From: Octopus bimaculoides
Lineage: Eukaryota
Length of the DNA: 64,000 nucleotides
Reading direction: 5' to 3'
NCBI RefSeq assembly: GCF_001194135.2
Contig: NC_069003.1
Coordinates: 1,903,658 to 1,967,657, forward strand
Shown here piece by piece: positions 40,156 to 53,171 of this stretch. Below the pieces are notes generated by a model, which saw only the letters and a list, made by a program, of their open reading frames with translations, made no database searches and had not been told where the DNA came from. Position 1 is the first letter of the stretch. Every line of letters starts with the position of its first letter. Position numbers and translations under genes: made by a program.

Positions 40156-40672
40156 CGTTGAATATATGAATATATGTACGTTAACACACAGTCACAGAGA
40201 GTCCAAATGGGCTGGTATTCGTCAGCGTCGGTAAATATGTAACATAGAGCATCCGCATGCAAGCGACATCCTACTTTATATATTACGACTTAATGAGAGG
40301 AACGAGATGTGGATATCTTGCGAGTTATTTCTAAAACATAAGATATATAGAGTTTAGAATATAAACGATTACCTCCCAGCAGTTCTAGGGTTGACATGAA
40401 TTACAATCGCTACAGGTGCAAGATTGTCTCTAAAATACGTTCACAGCACGTGTGTGTATTCATGCACACATTCACATGGATATATATGTGTGTGTGTGAG
40501 TGCGTGCGTGTACAAGTATATGNNNNNNNNNNNNNNNNNNNNNNNNNNNNNNNNNNNNNNNNNNNNNNNNNNNNNNNNNNNNNNNNNNNNNNNNNNNNNN
40601 NNNNNNNNNNNNNNNNNNNNNNNNNNNNNNNNNNNNNNNNNNNNNNNNNNNNNNNNNNNNNNNNNNNNNNNN

Positions 40673-40707
<35 letters not shown>

Positions 40708-40770
40708 CATTTTCATTTCATTTTATCTAGTTTCAGCTCATGAGCTGTGGCCATGCTGAGGCACCGCCAT

Positions 40771-40802
<32 letters not shown>

Positions 40803-41325
40803 ACAATTGTTTGCGTACGTGCATGTAAATATGTATATGTCGTGCGTGTATTCAAACACATATATACATGCGTATACATAGGTAGACATAAGTGTATGTA
40901 ACATATACACACATATTTTTACGCATACTCATATACAATTACAAACACACAAACGCAAGCGCAACGACAAACTCGTACACTTTCCCGTCCATCCATTCTT
41001 AATCGCAGTCTTCCATCTAATGGCGCATCTCTAGACTCGTTTACCGAAATGTTCCACAGTTCAGCTTTAATGGATATTTCTACTTAGGTTTGGCGTATCG
41101 TTGTTTACCACTCAAAATACCATTAACTTGATTGGATTGACACCTTTAATTGGTTCGTGTCTCAAAGACAGTCAAACACAACCATAAAAAATAAAACAAC
41201 ACGAAAAAGGAAGCAATCACTTTTTGTCAATATAATTGGCTTAAAGGATAAGACAGATCTCTCTGTCGTTCTTTCTCCATTCTCATAGATTGTTATTTAC
41301 ACACGCACACACATACACCCGCGCC

Positions 41326-41418
41326 CATACATACATGCTTACATACATTCATCCATCCATACATACATGCTTACATCCATCCATACATACATGCTTACAT
41401 CCATCCATACATACATGC
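41326..41418. repeat. About 24-bp minisatellite (CATCCATACATACATGCTTACATC), three or more copies
   Basis: Directly visible. Confidence 0.9.
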
Positions 41419-41488
41419 AGAAGATATATAGGTAAACTGCTATATATATGTATATAATGTATGTATATATATATGTGTGTGTGTCAGC

Positions 41489-41575
<87 letters not shown>

Positions 41576-41677
41576 NNNNNNNNNNNNNNNNNNNNNNNNN
41601 NNNNNNNNNNNNNNNNNNNNNNNNNNNNNNNNNNNNNNNNNNNNNNNTATATATATATATATGCTTAACCATCATTG

Positions 41678-41719
<42 letters not shown>

Positions 41720-41959
41720 GCGCACACATGTTTATATGTTTGTATATGTAACAAACTTCAGCCCGCAATCTCATGATTGCTTTTCCTGGTGAAAAAATGT
41801 AATATACACACGCACATGCTTATATGTATATATATCAAAATTATACATAGATATAGATATTGTTTAGACATTTCCAGTGTTACATACTCAATCTATGTGG
41901 TTGTTAAACACTTGTAGCAACAGTCCATCGTTTGAGAAAATGTCATTTCAAATTCGTGT

Positions 41960-41970
41960 CGGAAGTGACG
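41960..41970 (+). promoter_or_regulatory. ETS-CRE composite motif CGGAAGTGACG
   Basis: Overlapping ETS core (CGGAAGT) and half-CRE (TGACG) in non-repetitive sequence. Motif match only. Confidence 0.25.
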
Positions 41971-42243
41971 CGAGAATAAGGCAATGAAGATCAGAGAATA
42001 CTACAATATATCTATTTCGTTCCCTTTCCATTCCGTGGCGATTTTGTTTTGCCTAGTTTTGAGGTATACGGTGTGTTTTTTAACTCGATATATCATTCAG
42101 CGATACTCCCTCACACGAAATATCACAGCTGCAAGCGCTTAAATACAGAAAAGTATTAGTTATGTGATATTGCTAATATCACATGCTATACATTATTGAA
42201 CTGCTTCTGATACACAATTTTACTATTTACATATATACAGGGA

Positions 42244-42321
<78 letters not shown>

Positions 42322-42339
42322 GAGAGATAGAGAAAGAGA

Positions 42340-42760
42340 GAGGCATGACCACTAGGTGGACTCCTAATATGCTAAATGTAGACCCCATATGGTCTGACCA
42401 CTAAGAAAAACTGTTCTCAAGAAAATTCGGCAAACGCCAGAACGGAAAGTGAGTGAGACAAATGAAAAGATACAAAATATAATGATTAGTCACATACCAT
42501 GGGTTCATTGTTACCATTTACAATTACGTAAATGTCCGCAAATCCTCAATGTGACCGTCATAAGAAATATAATATGCAGAACTATACACGAGACGTCCTC
42601 CCGAGAGAGAACATGCATACAGGTCTGTCAACTGTATTTGGGGATATATTTCAAATGTCTTCGTTTTGGCGCGCCGAAGACGGAAATGACTCTGCAGAAA
42701 ATAATTTTCTCCATCGAAGCTTGCCAATTACAGAAGATGGTTATTTAAGTGTGTCGATGT
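42340..42760 (+). mobile_element. Decayed Tc1/mariner-superfamily transposase core, maT/DD37D-like
   Basis: IWSDH*EKLFS....QN (cf. I.FSDEKLFT...N.QN), RKCPQIL (cf. GKTPL.F), KYNMQNYTRDVL (cf. KIN...Y...IL), FGDIFQ and DGYLSV (cf. DYSVW), in the expected order. Confidence 0.55.
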
Positions 42761-42930
42761 GTATATATTTGTGGGTAGAACATATATGTGAGACTGAGTA
42801 TATAGGGTGCGTGAGATTTTATATGTTAGCGTATACACCAGGCGTTATACCATATTGGGGAGACAGAAATAGAAATAGATTCTCCTAATTTTCACAGAGA
42901 ATGACAGAGAGATGAAGGAAGAGGCAGAAA

Positions 42931-42974
<44 letters not shown>

Positions 42975-43091
42975 AGGGATGGAAGATCTGAAGATAGAAC
43001 ATCACTATAAGAGCGTTGGTAAGATGTATGCATGAAACATGAGAAACACCGAGGAAATTTATCCACATCAGTAACATTCATACAAGCGAGT

Positions 43092-43149
<58 letters not shown>

Positions 43150-43616
43150 AAGAAAGAGAGGGGGAAGAGAGAGAGGGTGAAGAGAGAGTGAAGGAAGAGA
43201 GAGGGAGAGAGGGAGAAAGAATGTGAGAGAGATGCAATGAGTGAAATGTAAATCATTCTATCAATGTTACACAAAGGACTTCATGGTGAAATATTCGTCT
43301 TTCTCCTTTGCAATAATTATGAATATACGATTGTTTAAGTAATATTTTTATCACGAAAGATCCATTCAATGAGAATATATAGTTGAGACACATTATAACA
43401 ACTGATTTCTGTCATATAATATCATTCTCTCTTATTGCTATTTGTTATTGCATATTTCTTTTTTTTTTCCTGTTTGTTTCATTTCTTCTTATAAATATTC
43501 CATTTTACTCATACCTAAACACCAGCGGAGATGTTATACGAATTGATATAAAACCGCAAAGAAATCTTATAAATCTTTATACATATTCGACTCCACTCTT
43601 ATATCCATACATGTCA

Positions 43617-43649
<33 letters not shown>

Positions 43650-44361
43650 TATACATACATACATATATGCATACATATATACATACATACAGATATACAT
43701 ACATATATACATACATACATATATATATACACATATGTATATGGATACATATATGTGTGTGTATATATATATGTGTGTGCATATATATGCGCATCTGCGT
43801 TTGTGTGCGTGCGTGTGAGTGAGTGCATAATTGATTATACGCGTTATATAACATACATATTCAAATCTAATGAGATAGGTTACTTAGAGGGGAATGTGTG
43901 TGGAGGTTTTGCAGCTGAAGAAAGGAAGATATCTCTTGACAACGACAATTAAAATGAATAGTGAGCGCGGGTTCATATATGGCACCAGTGTAAAAATGAA
44001 ATAGAAGTCGGTGCATGTGCGAATTTCTCTGCTAAATATCTTTGCATTGATCCATTCTATTTAATATAAACAGGTAGGGAAAGATAAGGGATTTAGGATG
44101 TGATATCTATTGATATAAATTTATATAGTGAGTGGCTGATTATTCTTTGCAAATCGTTTTCTATTGATCCATTCTAATATATGGAAATTACATCAGGATG
44201 TATGATATGGAAGGATTTATTGTATTGAGAAGAGGATCTTTGTCACAATGGCGTATATGCAAGTGCATGAAAAAAAATATATATATATTTGTATATATAT
44301 ATATACATACATACATACATATATGTGTATATATATATATATATATAATATATTTATTCTT

Positions 44362-44545
44362 TTACTTGTTTGTCATTTGACGGCGACCATGCTGGAGCAC
44401 CACCCTAATGATTTCAGTGTGAGCAGAATTTATTCATTAAGACTAGAACGTATTGTATCCTCCTGTTATGACGATCCTGTATGTTATGGGGCTGCAAACA
44501 CAACAACACAGGTAGTCAAAAGTTGATGGTGAGGGACAAACACAT
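44362..44545 (-). mobile_element. SINE family C
   Basis: TTTACTTGTTTGTCATTTGACGGCGACCATGCTGGAGCACC.. is the reverse complement of the C tail. Confidence 0.75.
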
Positions 44546-44552
44546 ATACATA

Positions 44553-45212
44553 CGAAGTGGTATAAGATACTCCTCGCATTAGTTCTGTAGCGCGCCAATA
44601 GATGGCAGCAGGCAGTTGCGTTCGCACTGAGAGCTAGCAGTGACCCTCGTGAGGCAGTGTGTCGTGCACCGTTGGGTTTACTTCGTAACTTGTGAAATTT
44701 GTGTTTTTTGTGATCGCTTGTAGGATGTATCTTCGATATTGTCATGGACAGCACCAAAGAACCAACGTGAAATGTTACGTTAAACCTGAGAAGTTTACTG
44801 CGGAAACATTTCAGCATGGTTCGGCAGTCTTAATGCGACGAAACAATTAATCGTAGACAATTTCTCCAGTGTCGAGAGCGCTTCAAAAGCAGAAGAACTT
44901 CCGTGGAAGACAATGAGCCATCAGGAAGGCTCTCCACGAGCGTCAACCCGGGAAAAGTGGTATTTTGCATCAGGAATACAACCCTCAGAGCCGGACCATT
45001 CAGACCCTCAGAGCCAGGCAAAGCATTCGACGAAAGTGGCCAGATTTGTGGAGCGCGGAGAATTTTACTCTACACCAAGCTCTCATTACTCGTGGGTTTC
45101 TCGGCAATATGGTACCGCTTTCCCAATGGCCCTATTTGCCAGATGTAGCATCTGCAGACCTCCATATCTTCCCCAGTATGAAAAAGCAGCTGAAAGGTCG
45201 GTGTTTTAACAC
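44553..45212 (+). mobile_element. Internally deleted, right-truncated mariner element
   Basis: TA|CGAAGTGG left end. N-terminal QRTNVKCYVKPEKFTAETF and RERFKSRRTSVEDNEPSGRLSTS are fused to GILHQEY..IRRKWPDLW..PYLPDVASADLHIFPSMKKQLKGRCF (YSPDLAP.D motif region). The second HTH and first catalytic Asp region are missing. Confidence 0.85.
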
Positions 45213-45626
45213 CGTTTCTCTTTTACATTCTTCATATCATTATATATATACATATACATATATATAATGTGAATAATGTAAAGGGGAAACAGAGATGCGG
45301 CTATGACATAACGTGGATGGTTATATCCATAACTTTCACAAACTTGGAGATAAAGCGAACCGTTGCAAGTAAACACTGAAGCCACGAAAACAAAAAAAAC
45401 GATCTGTGCATAAAGGAATTTCCAGAGAGAGAGTTGTGTACGCGTGAAGTTTAAGACTTGGTAGCTTGCACGGCGCCTTCAGTTTGAACACAATACGGTG
45501 AGCGAAGATGAGACAAAGTCAGTCAATGATGTCGGTGTGTGGTATTGATAAATGACCAGACAGTTGCGGAGTACATATTATGTATCTGCTCATATACACA
45601 CACGTGTGTGTCTTTATCTCTCTCTC

Positions 45627-45734
45627 ATGTATGTATGTATGTATGTATGTATGTATGTATGTATGTATGTATGTATGTATGTATGTATGTATGTATGTAT
45701 GTATGTATGTATGTATGTATGTATGTATGTATGT
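45627..45734. repeat. (ATGT)27 tetranucleotide microsatellite
   Basis: Perfect run of 108 bp. Confidence 0.97.
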
Positions 45735-45740
45735 ACGTAC

Positions 45741-45782
<42 letters not shown>

Positions 45783-46397
45783 GTACGTATCTATCTATAT
45801 ATATATACACACATATAAATATATACATATATGTACGTGTATAATTATATATATACTTATGAATTATGAGTATTTCCACGTATAATACACATACAAAGTC
45901 ATAAGTATGGGTATATATATATACCCATATTTATATACATACATACACACACACATATATATATTTACACATATGTGTGTGTATGTATATATATAAGTAT
46001 GTGTGTGTGTGTATGTGTGTATATATATATATCTGTACACACACAGAAATGGAAGTATGTACTTTTGTATATTTATATAAGTGCATATGTACAGTTTGCA
46101 TACATAATTTCGGAGTATTTATAAACAGACGGTGTTTACATCATGGTACAAGGAAAAACGACAGACGTAATTAAGAAGAAACAGACGCTTGCTTCCAGCG
46201 ATATCTAGTATTTACGTGATTGACTTTAAATTACTTTTATAAAGTTGTTGAGGTCTTTGTAGACTTTGCTGTTATTATCTTCATATAAACTATTTCTCTT
46301 TTTTTTTTTTATTCGGCTGTCAGATTGTTTAAAGTTATATCTGTGTACATATCTATATGTCTGTCAAATTTTATATATGCATATGTCTTTTCGTGCC

Positions 46398-46434
<37 letters not shown>

Positions 46435-48464
46435 NNNNNNNNNNTAGTTTATCAAATCGTATGACGGTAATTATGCGTATTTCACATCTTGTCTGTCTTT
46501 CTTTAAAACTACATGAACCCGTACCTGTGTCTGCTATTCACTCTGCCTATTAATTTATCATTGGTGATGTTTCTTTTTATCTATACGGTTATATATATAT
46601 AGTTATCATTCAATTCATTGCAATAAATAAGCTCTTTCAGATTTATTGAAAAGATTTTTCCTCTTATTTACACCTAAATCCATACAAGCGTGTGTGTGTG
46701 TGTGTGTGTGTGTTTGTGTGTTTGAGTAAAATCGCGATCGAAAGTAATTAATTCATACGAATTTTAATTCACGATATAAACCTTAATTTTGCAGTTGGTG
46801 TATTGAATGAGAGTGTTGCGGATCGAATACAAAATAGAACCATTTGTTTTTAAATTGCCTGAATCTGGAATGCAAAATAGTTTTCACGTAGGTGGTCACA
46901 TCTAAACCTTAAGAAAGCAATAAAGATGTATAGTCGTTTTATACAGGTGCATTAAAGCGCATACCTACGTGTGCATACAAGTGTGCGTGCATTTGTCTGT
47001 GTGTGTGTGAGAGTGTATGTGTCTATGCTTGTGTGTGCGTGCGTGAATGAGAGAGAGAGAGAAAGAGGGAGAGAGAGAGAGAAAGAGAGAGTATGAGACA
47101 GAAAGTGAATATTGGGGAGAGAGAAAGTTTTGTTGAAGATAAGTTACCCAGATTTTACGGGGTGTTTCATGTGAGCGTACATCATTGTATGTGTGCTTAT
47201 ATATGTATATGTGTGTCTGTGAGTGTGTGTGTCTGTATACGTTAGGTCGTCATCAACCATAAATGTAGCTAGCATAACAATATAAATGAAAATCATTTCT
47301 AGCTGAGGTGTGACATTAACACTTTTTGAAGTACCGAATTTCTTGTATTGATTCTAGCAGTTGTCTGCTACATCTTTCTACCGATTCTGTGTAGACGTAA
47401 AGCAAACTCTGGTCTCGTCACGATGTGAAGTTAGAATATAAAATCACAGAAACGAAATACTGCAAGCACCGCAAAACGCCCGACTCGCAAACAATTCTCG
47501 CAAACATTTTTCTGCCATTATTATACATTTTTCTTTTTCGTATTTCGGCGCAAATTCTGTAATATTTGAGTGGATTTCGTTGGTCGATGCCTTCAGCTAC
47601 AGTTATTGCTTGACCCTAGTAAAATGGTTCTAATGAGCGGTGGAGTAGCTGTTAAGTTGTCCATTGGAGAAAGCTACTAGCACGAGTTATAGGACTTGAT
47701 AGGGAAATTTAAAGGAATTTAATAGAAATTTCTGAGAGAGTAAAACTATAAATTCTATTTAGTTTAGGAGAATACTATCGCTTGATATCACAAGGGCTGG
47801 AATAAGGGTTTGAAAGTTAGGGGAGAGATTTCTTTTTTTTTTTTTTCATGGTCGCTTATAAACTTAGTGAACGCAATGAAAAGTTTTTTAATTTTAGGAA
47901 CATGAAAAAAAAAAAAATGTAACTTTATTATCAAAGACAATGTTTTCGTATGAAAAAAAAAAACAATATTAAACCATAATGGAATTCCATAGGACACTCA
48001 CACTCAACTGAAGAATATCAAAATAATGAATATTAAACTGACGAATATTAAAATTTATGGAAGGACCTAATCTAGTGTGATAGAAACAAAGACGAATATA
48101 AGCTTTTAAGCTTGGAAAATATTACCAAACGAAAGTATGGAAATCAGAGCAAGTTCTTAATGGGAAACAAGAAAGAAAAGTTAGTGATTTAGAAAATTAT
48201 GTTTGAGAGGTAAATATAAGTGTATTGAAACGGGTACACATAAAAACATATAGATATTCACTCAGGCATAAAAATGCATAAACGTGTTTGCGTAGTCGGG
48301 CACTAGTGTGTTGAAACACACCCGTATATGGCTTATACATGAATCTATAATGACAGTTCGGGGATTATATAAAGGTATAGACAAGGATGAGGGAAATATT
48401 GATAAACACATCAAAATATAAAAGAGAATATGTATCTGTGTGTGTATATACACTCCAGCATGTC

Positions 48465-48465
<1 letters not shown>

Positions 48466-48506
<41 letters not shown>

Positions 48507-48702
48507 GTATATATATATATGTATATATATATATGTATATATATATATGTATATATATATATGTATATATATATGTATATATATATGTATATATATATGT
48601 ATATATATATGTATATATATATGTATATATATATGTATATATATATGTATATATATATATGTATATATATATATGTATATATATATGTATATATATATAT
48701 GT
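48466..48702. repeat. (TA)n punctuated by TG at 10-16 bp periods
   Basis: Directly visible. Confidence 0.95.
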
Positions 48703-48911
48703 GCGTATCTGTGAGTGTATTTGTGTCTGGTGTTTGTCCGTGTATATATATGTATATACATATATGTATACATATACACGTAAAAATATGATACGTTACT
48801 AATATCCTACAAATGCTAATATCTAAAACACCATCTAGATATACATAAAACGTACCACTATACATAACAAGATGCCTACGGGTGTTTATATAGGGGAGCA
48901 TGTGTATATAC

Positions 48912-48987
<76 letters not shown>

Positions 48988-50477
48988 CAGAGTTTGTGTG
49001 TATGCAAGTGCGCGCAAACTAATTGTACCTGGGTTTTGTACTTGTATACATAGACTTATGCAAATAGATAGAAAGTTTGTGGACTGCAATATCGGTGTAT
49101 GGAAAGATTATGGTTATGTGGCCGCAATTATTACAAGCGTTTTGTTTGTTGATGTAAAGTTTGAAGAAACTTGTGTGAGAGAATGAACGGAAAAACACAA
49201 TAATAAAATGTGCGTAAATTCATAAAACAGCATTGACAATGTTTAAAGTGCCATGCCATTCAATAAACTGCAGTAGACTTTTGAAAGTTGGAAGTGTGAA
49301 ATATGGTTATGTAAATATGGTATGTAAAGTAAATATTGAACGAAAATATATAACTTATAATGTATAGAGAAATTCATTTTCGTATAAAGCAAATGTTCTG
49401 AGTTTTAAAAGAAATAGAACTACCAAATATCCAAGTTCAGCATTGTAACACCAATAAATAATTGGGCTAAAGTGAGGTATGAGGGGGGGGGGGCTAGATT
49501 AAACAAACTGTGTGCTAATGTTGTAAAATGGTTTGACAATAGATACGGGTGTGCAGAAAAGCTTACAACCTATTAAACCGAGTAATGGTGAGTTTAAAAC
49601 GTCTATTATATATAGGCAACTGTGATTAATTCTGAACGTTCGTTTGAAATAACTTACCGTTACAAAACTTTTGTAATGATTTCTGTTTACGGACGATGAG
49701 TTTGCTTCATATAAAATGCATCAATTTGATTTATATTGTTTACTTTTAGTTTTCAAATCATAAGAGTTTCTAGAAAGAATCGACACTCCAATGTCTCTCG
49801 GAGATGTTTCATAATGCAAGTACGCGCTAGTTAAAAGGAAATTCAAAGTATTCTATATTTTTGTAACGTATGACTAACGTGAGGTCTTTTCAAGCATTGC
49901 TTTTACCTATAGACACCGTTCATTACCAGTTTCCTCTCGTGGACATCTATAAGCTACCACTGTTTATTTAAGAAATGGTTTTGTAGAAGCTTCTGTTGTT
50001 ATGCATACCTAAATTATAATGAAGTGTGAGGACTTACCCTATATTTTCCGAAGGTGGCGAGATAAACGTTTGTCAACCGTTTGGCAGAAGTGAAATAACG
50101 TTGGTATGGATAACCAAATATATATACAGGAAGTTAGCATAGCAAGAGACAGGTAACCTCGTTCACTTCATGTTAACGAGCAAGGCAGATAATCTTGTAC
50201 TTCCTGTTAAAAAGGGGAGTGGGGAAAACAGCGAGAACCAGAACGAGGCGGAGCTGCATACGGGTCGGACCGTTCACCACCTACCTTGAAACCATTGAGA
50301 CTGGACATAATCTCCATCTATGAACATTTACTTCCCTGTTTGAATACTTTGTTGTTGCGATCAGAAGTTTACCTCTTTTCCTTACATTATAATTTGTCTG
50401 ATTGTAACACTTTCAAAGATCTTATAGCGTTTTGCACCCATTAAGCTCTGTAGGTTCTCTTTAAGAGAACCTGTTTC

Positions 50478-50675
50478 AGTGGCTGGAAACATTCTGAAGG
50501 ATTAACACGTGAGAGAAAGCAACCTATTTGTATCTTACAATAAATACATTGAAAGCCAAGTATTTTCATGAACTCCAAACGTACTGCGATAGATCCCCTA
50601 TTAACTATTTTGCATGCTTGGGCCCCTGGAAATCTTAATTGAACCCTAAGAGGTCATGTGGACTCCGGTTGAGAT
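50478..50675. mobile_element. Possible hAT (Charlie-like) MITE relic
   Basis: The right end GGTCATGTGGACTCCGGTTGAGATTCATT resembles GGGTCC.TGGACCCC.GGTTGAGAACCACTG. The left end CAGTGGCTGGAAAC is a poor match. Confidence 0.3.
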
Positions 50676-50968
50676 TCATTTATGTTTAGTGGTGTTGTTT
50701 ATATGGGCGGTGTTGGCATTGGTGGAAAAAACGATATATGGTGACACTACGGTATATTCTCAGGTTTTCCCTTACAGAGCATACATATAATTACAGTAAT
50801 TCTAGGCGTGAACTTTCCTAATAACTGTACGTGTTGTAGTCGGGTGTGATTTGAAAAAGATTTACTCTGAAAAAGTCTCCTACGACCAGTAGAATTGTAT
50901 TATTGTTTTTGTTGTTTTGGTAAGAGTTGGGATAATTCTGATCGATTGTAGTTGTGGCCATGCATTTT

Positions 50969-52065
50969 CCTTCTGACCGATGCTCTAGTATGACTGAAAC
51001 ATAAAATAAAAGATAAAACGGTAGAGCGGAAAGTAGATGCTATTTGCCTGATATTTTTAGCATGTGAACGGCCAATACCACCCTACGTTCCTATCATTCT
51101 TAGCTACGTTATTTATTGTAAAGAAGGAAGAAAAAATGAATCTAGTTTTTCCGTTGTGTTCTTACTTCTTCCATGTAATGAATTGATACAAAACAATTTT
51201 TGAAACATATGATATATCAAAACAAAAATAAATATTAAAATACCACTGACGTCAGCAGACAGACGACAATATTTACACGATTTGATGGTGGATTCGCCAT
51301 CGATTACGACGGCGTACATGTTCGACCAATTGTATTCCTACTCTAAAATCTATTGTGTAAGCGGCGGAGTATCTTACAGACCTATATGTGAGGCTTTGAC
51401 GTGGGTCTCAGAAAGAGTTTACGTGGCATTATATAACAAAGATGTAGATTTAAAGTTAGCAAAGAATAGAAAACGGAGAACGAGGAGTGAAAGAAACTGT
51501 GACGGGAAAAGACAATTACAATTTCAAAGAGGGAATTGTAAGGGGGAAAAAATAGAGGAGAGGGGGAAAAAAAAAAACGCGAATATGAAAAGAGAGAAGA
51601 AGGAAAGTTAGCATTGCAGTAGTACTTTGTTTTTATTATTGACATCGAAAGAGATATAATGACAAGCAGAATTGAAGAGATATTATGATTTAAAAAAAAC
51701 CTGAACAAATACAAAATAATATTCTAAGGATTCTACGAATTCGTAGTTTTAGTTACAATTTTCACCATAGGAAAATATATGTGTGTGTGTGTGTGTGTGT
51801 GCATGATACATTGTTATATGCACACGAACTCACACACACGTGCACATACATACACACATATATACATATGTTTGTGCGTTTCTTTGCTGCTGTATTTGTC
51901 CTCTCACATGGACTGACAACAGGTGTTGGTAAACTAGCGGTTCAGCAAAAGATACTGACATAGTGAATACCACAATTTAAGAACTATATACTTCAGTTAA
52001 TTTATTCCTTGAAAACCTTCTGACCGATGCTCTAGTATGACTGAAACATAAAATAAAAGATAAAA
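50969..52065 (+). repeat. Perfect 50-bp direct repeat (50969-51018 and 52016-52065)
   Basis: CCTTCTGACCGATGCTCTAGTATGACTGAAACATAAAATAAAAGATAAAA is identical at both sites, with unrelated flanks. The second copy is the 3' end of a family C SINE (51912-52065). Confidence 0.95.
51246..51436 (+). promoter_or_regulatory. Candidate Pol II promoter or enhancer (CRE-CCAAT-half CRE-TATA)
   Basis: TGACGTCA 51247-51254, CCAAT 51326-51330, TGACGTGG 51397-51404, TTACGTGG 51419-51426, TATATAA 51430-51436. 13 CpG in 51241-51440. Confidence 0.3.
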
Positions 52066-52199
52066 TTTAACTGATTTCTTACACAGAGGAAAGGATATAA
52101 AGATCTCTGCCATTTTTCAGAGCCTCTGGCACACGAAGAAAAGAATTCTTCCATCTGAAAGATATGGCGCGAATCCCAACAGCATAGGAAGCTCCACTG

Positions 52200-52400
52200 A
52201 ATAGGCAGATGGCCAAATGGCTTTACGGAAATGAGAGATATGTTAGATCTCCCAGGAAAGGAAGTAAAGACGATTCATGTGACAGAGTTCCTCTCCGGTT
52301 CAGTTTAGTGAAAGTTAGTCACAAATTACCAGCTGAGGTTCTCTCAGAAGTGACATATCTTGATGATGCAGTGCACGATTGCACGATTAATCCTGTAGTA
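52200..52400 (+). mobile_element. Possible CR1/L2-type LINE 3' end relic
   Basis: RFSLVKVSHKLPAEVL resembles the CR1 C-terminal FFS.RVV..WN.LP.EVV. Confidence 0.35.
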
Positions 52401-53129
52401 GATTGGGAAAGTTAATGGTATGGCCATGCTTTCGTCATGAAGAAGGAAAGAACAAAAAAAAAAATTCATTCCAGCTGGTAGAATAAAAGGAACTAAAATG
52501 AAACGATGAAAAATATTGGTTTCCAATTTTCGCAAGTAATTAGCAATTTCCAAAGTGAGGATCAGTCGATTACATCGACTCTAGGGTTCAGTTATTTAAG
52601 TGGCGACCTCGAAAAGATGAAATACAGAGTAGCCCTCGGAGGACAGTAAAGACGGAAGAAATGCCGCTAAACATTTTGTCCGGAGTGTTCCATGCCAGAT
52701 TCCCGCTCAATAAAAGGTGGGAAGTTTTTATTGGACTTTTATAAGAAATATACAGCAGCAATATCAATCAACTTAAAATTAGTAGCGCCATAAAGTAACA
52801 GAAATAATATATAAAAAGAATGGATAAATAAAGAAATATGAAAGGGAAACCAAAACTCTTTGAGCGAAGTACAGAATAAAAGTATTATTTACAGGAATAA
52901 ATGCTAAAACTGTTTAAAATAAAAGCTGTTTCCATGCATGTATAAATAGATTTGTTTTGTGTAGGTGCGGTTGTTTTGATGTATTCTTCTTTATGCGGTT
53001 GCACATGTGAGGATATATGCAGTTTTATATGCATATATGGATATATTTGTGACGGCTCACGTATTGGCTGTTTTGCATATACCTGATGATGCGTTTGTCT
53101 GCGTATACACACACACAAATATGTATATA

Positions 53130-53171
<42 letters not shown>

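Noticed and set aside
43092-43225. Long polypurine (GA) tracts and G-runs (also 49482-49492, 63638-63647) as H-DNA or G4 elements
   Set aside because: Such tracts are ubiquitous in this window and nothing links them to a function.
50126-50207. Pre-miRNA-like hairpin
   Set aside because: Only three short helices (9, 5 and 6 bp) separated by large asymmetric loops.
50452-50472. 10-bp stem palindrome AGGTTCTCTT-T-AAGAGAACCT
   Set aside because: An isolated palindrome of this size is not rare enough in 64 kb of AT-rich DNA, and it has no supporting context.
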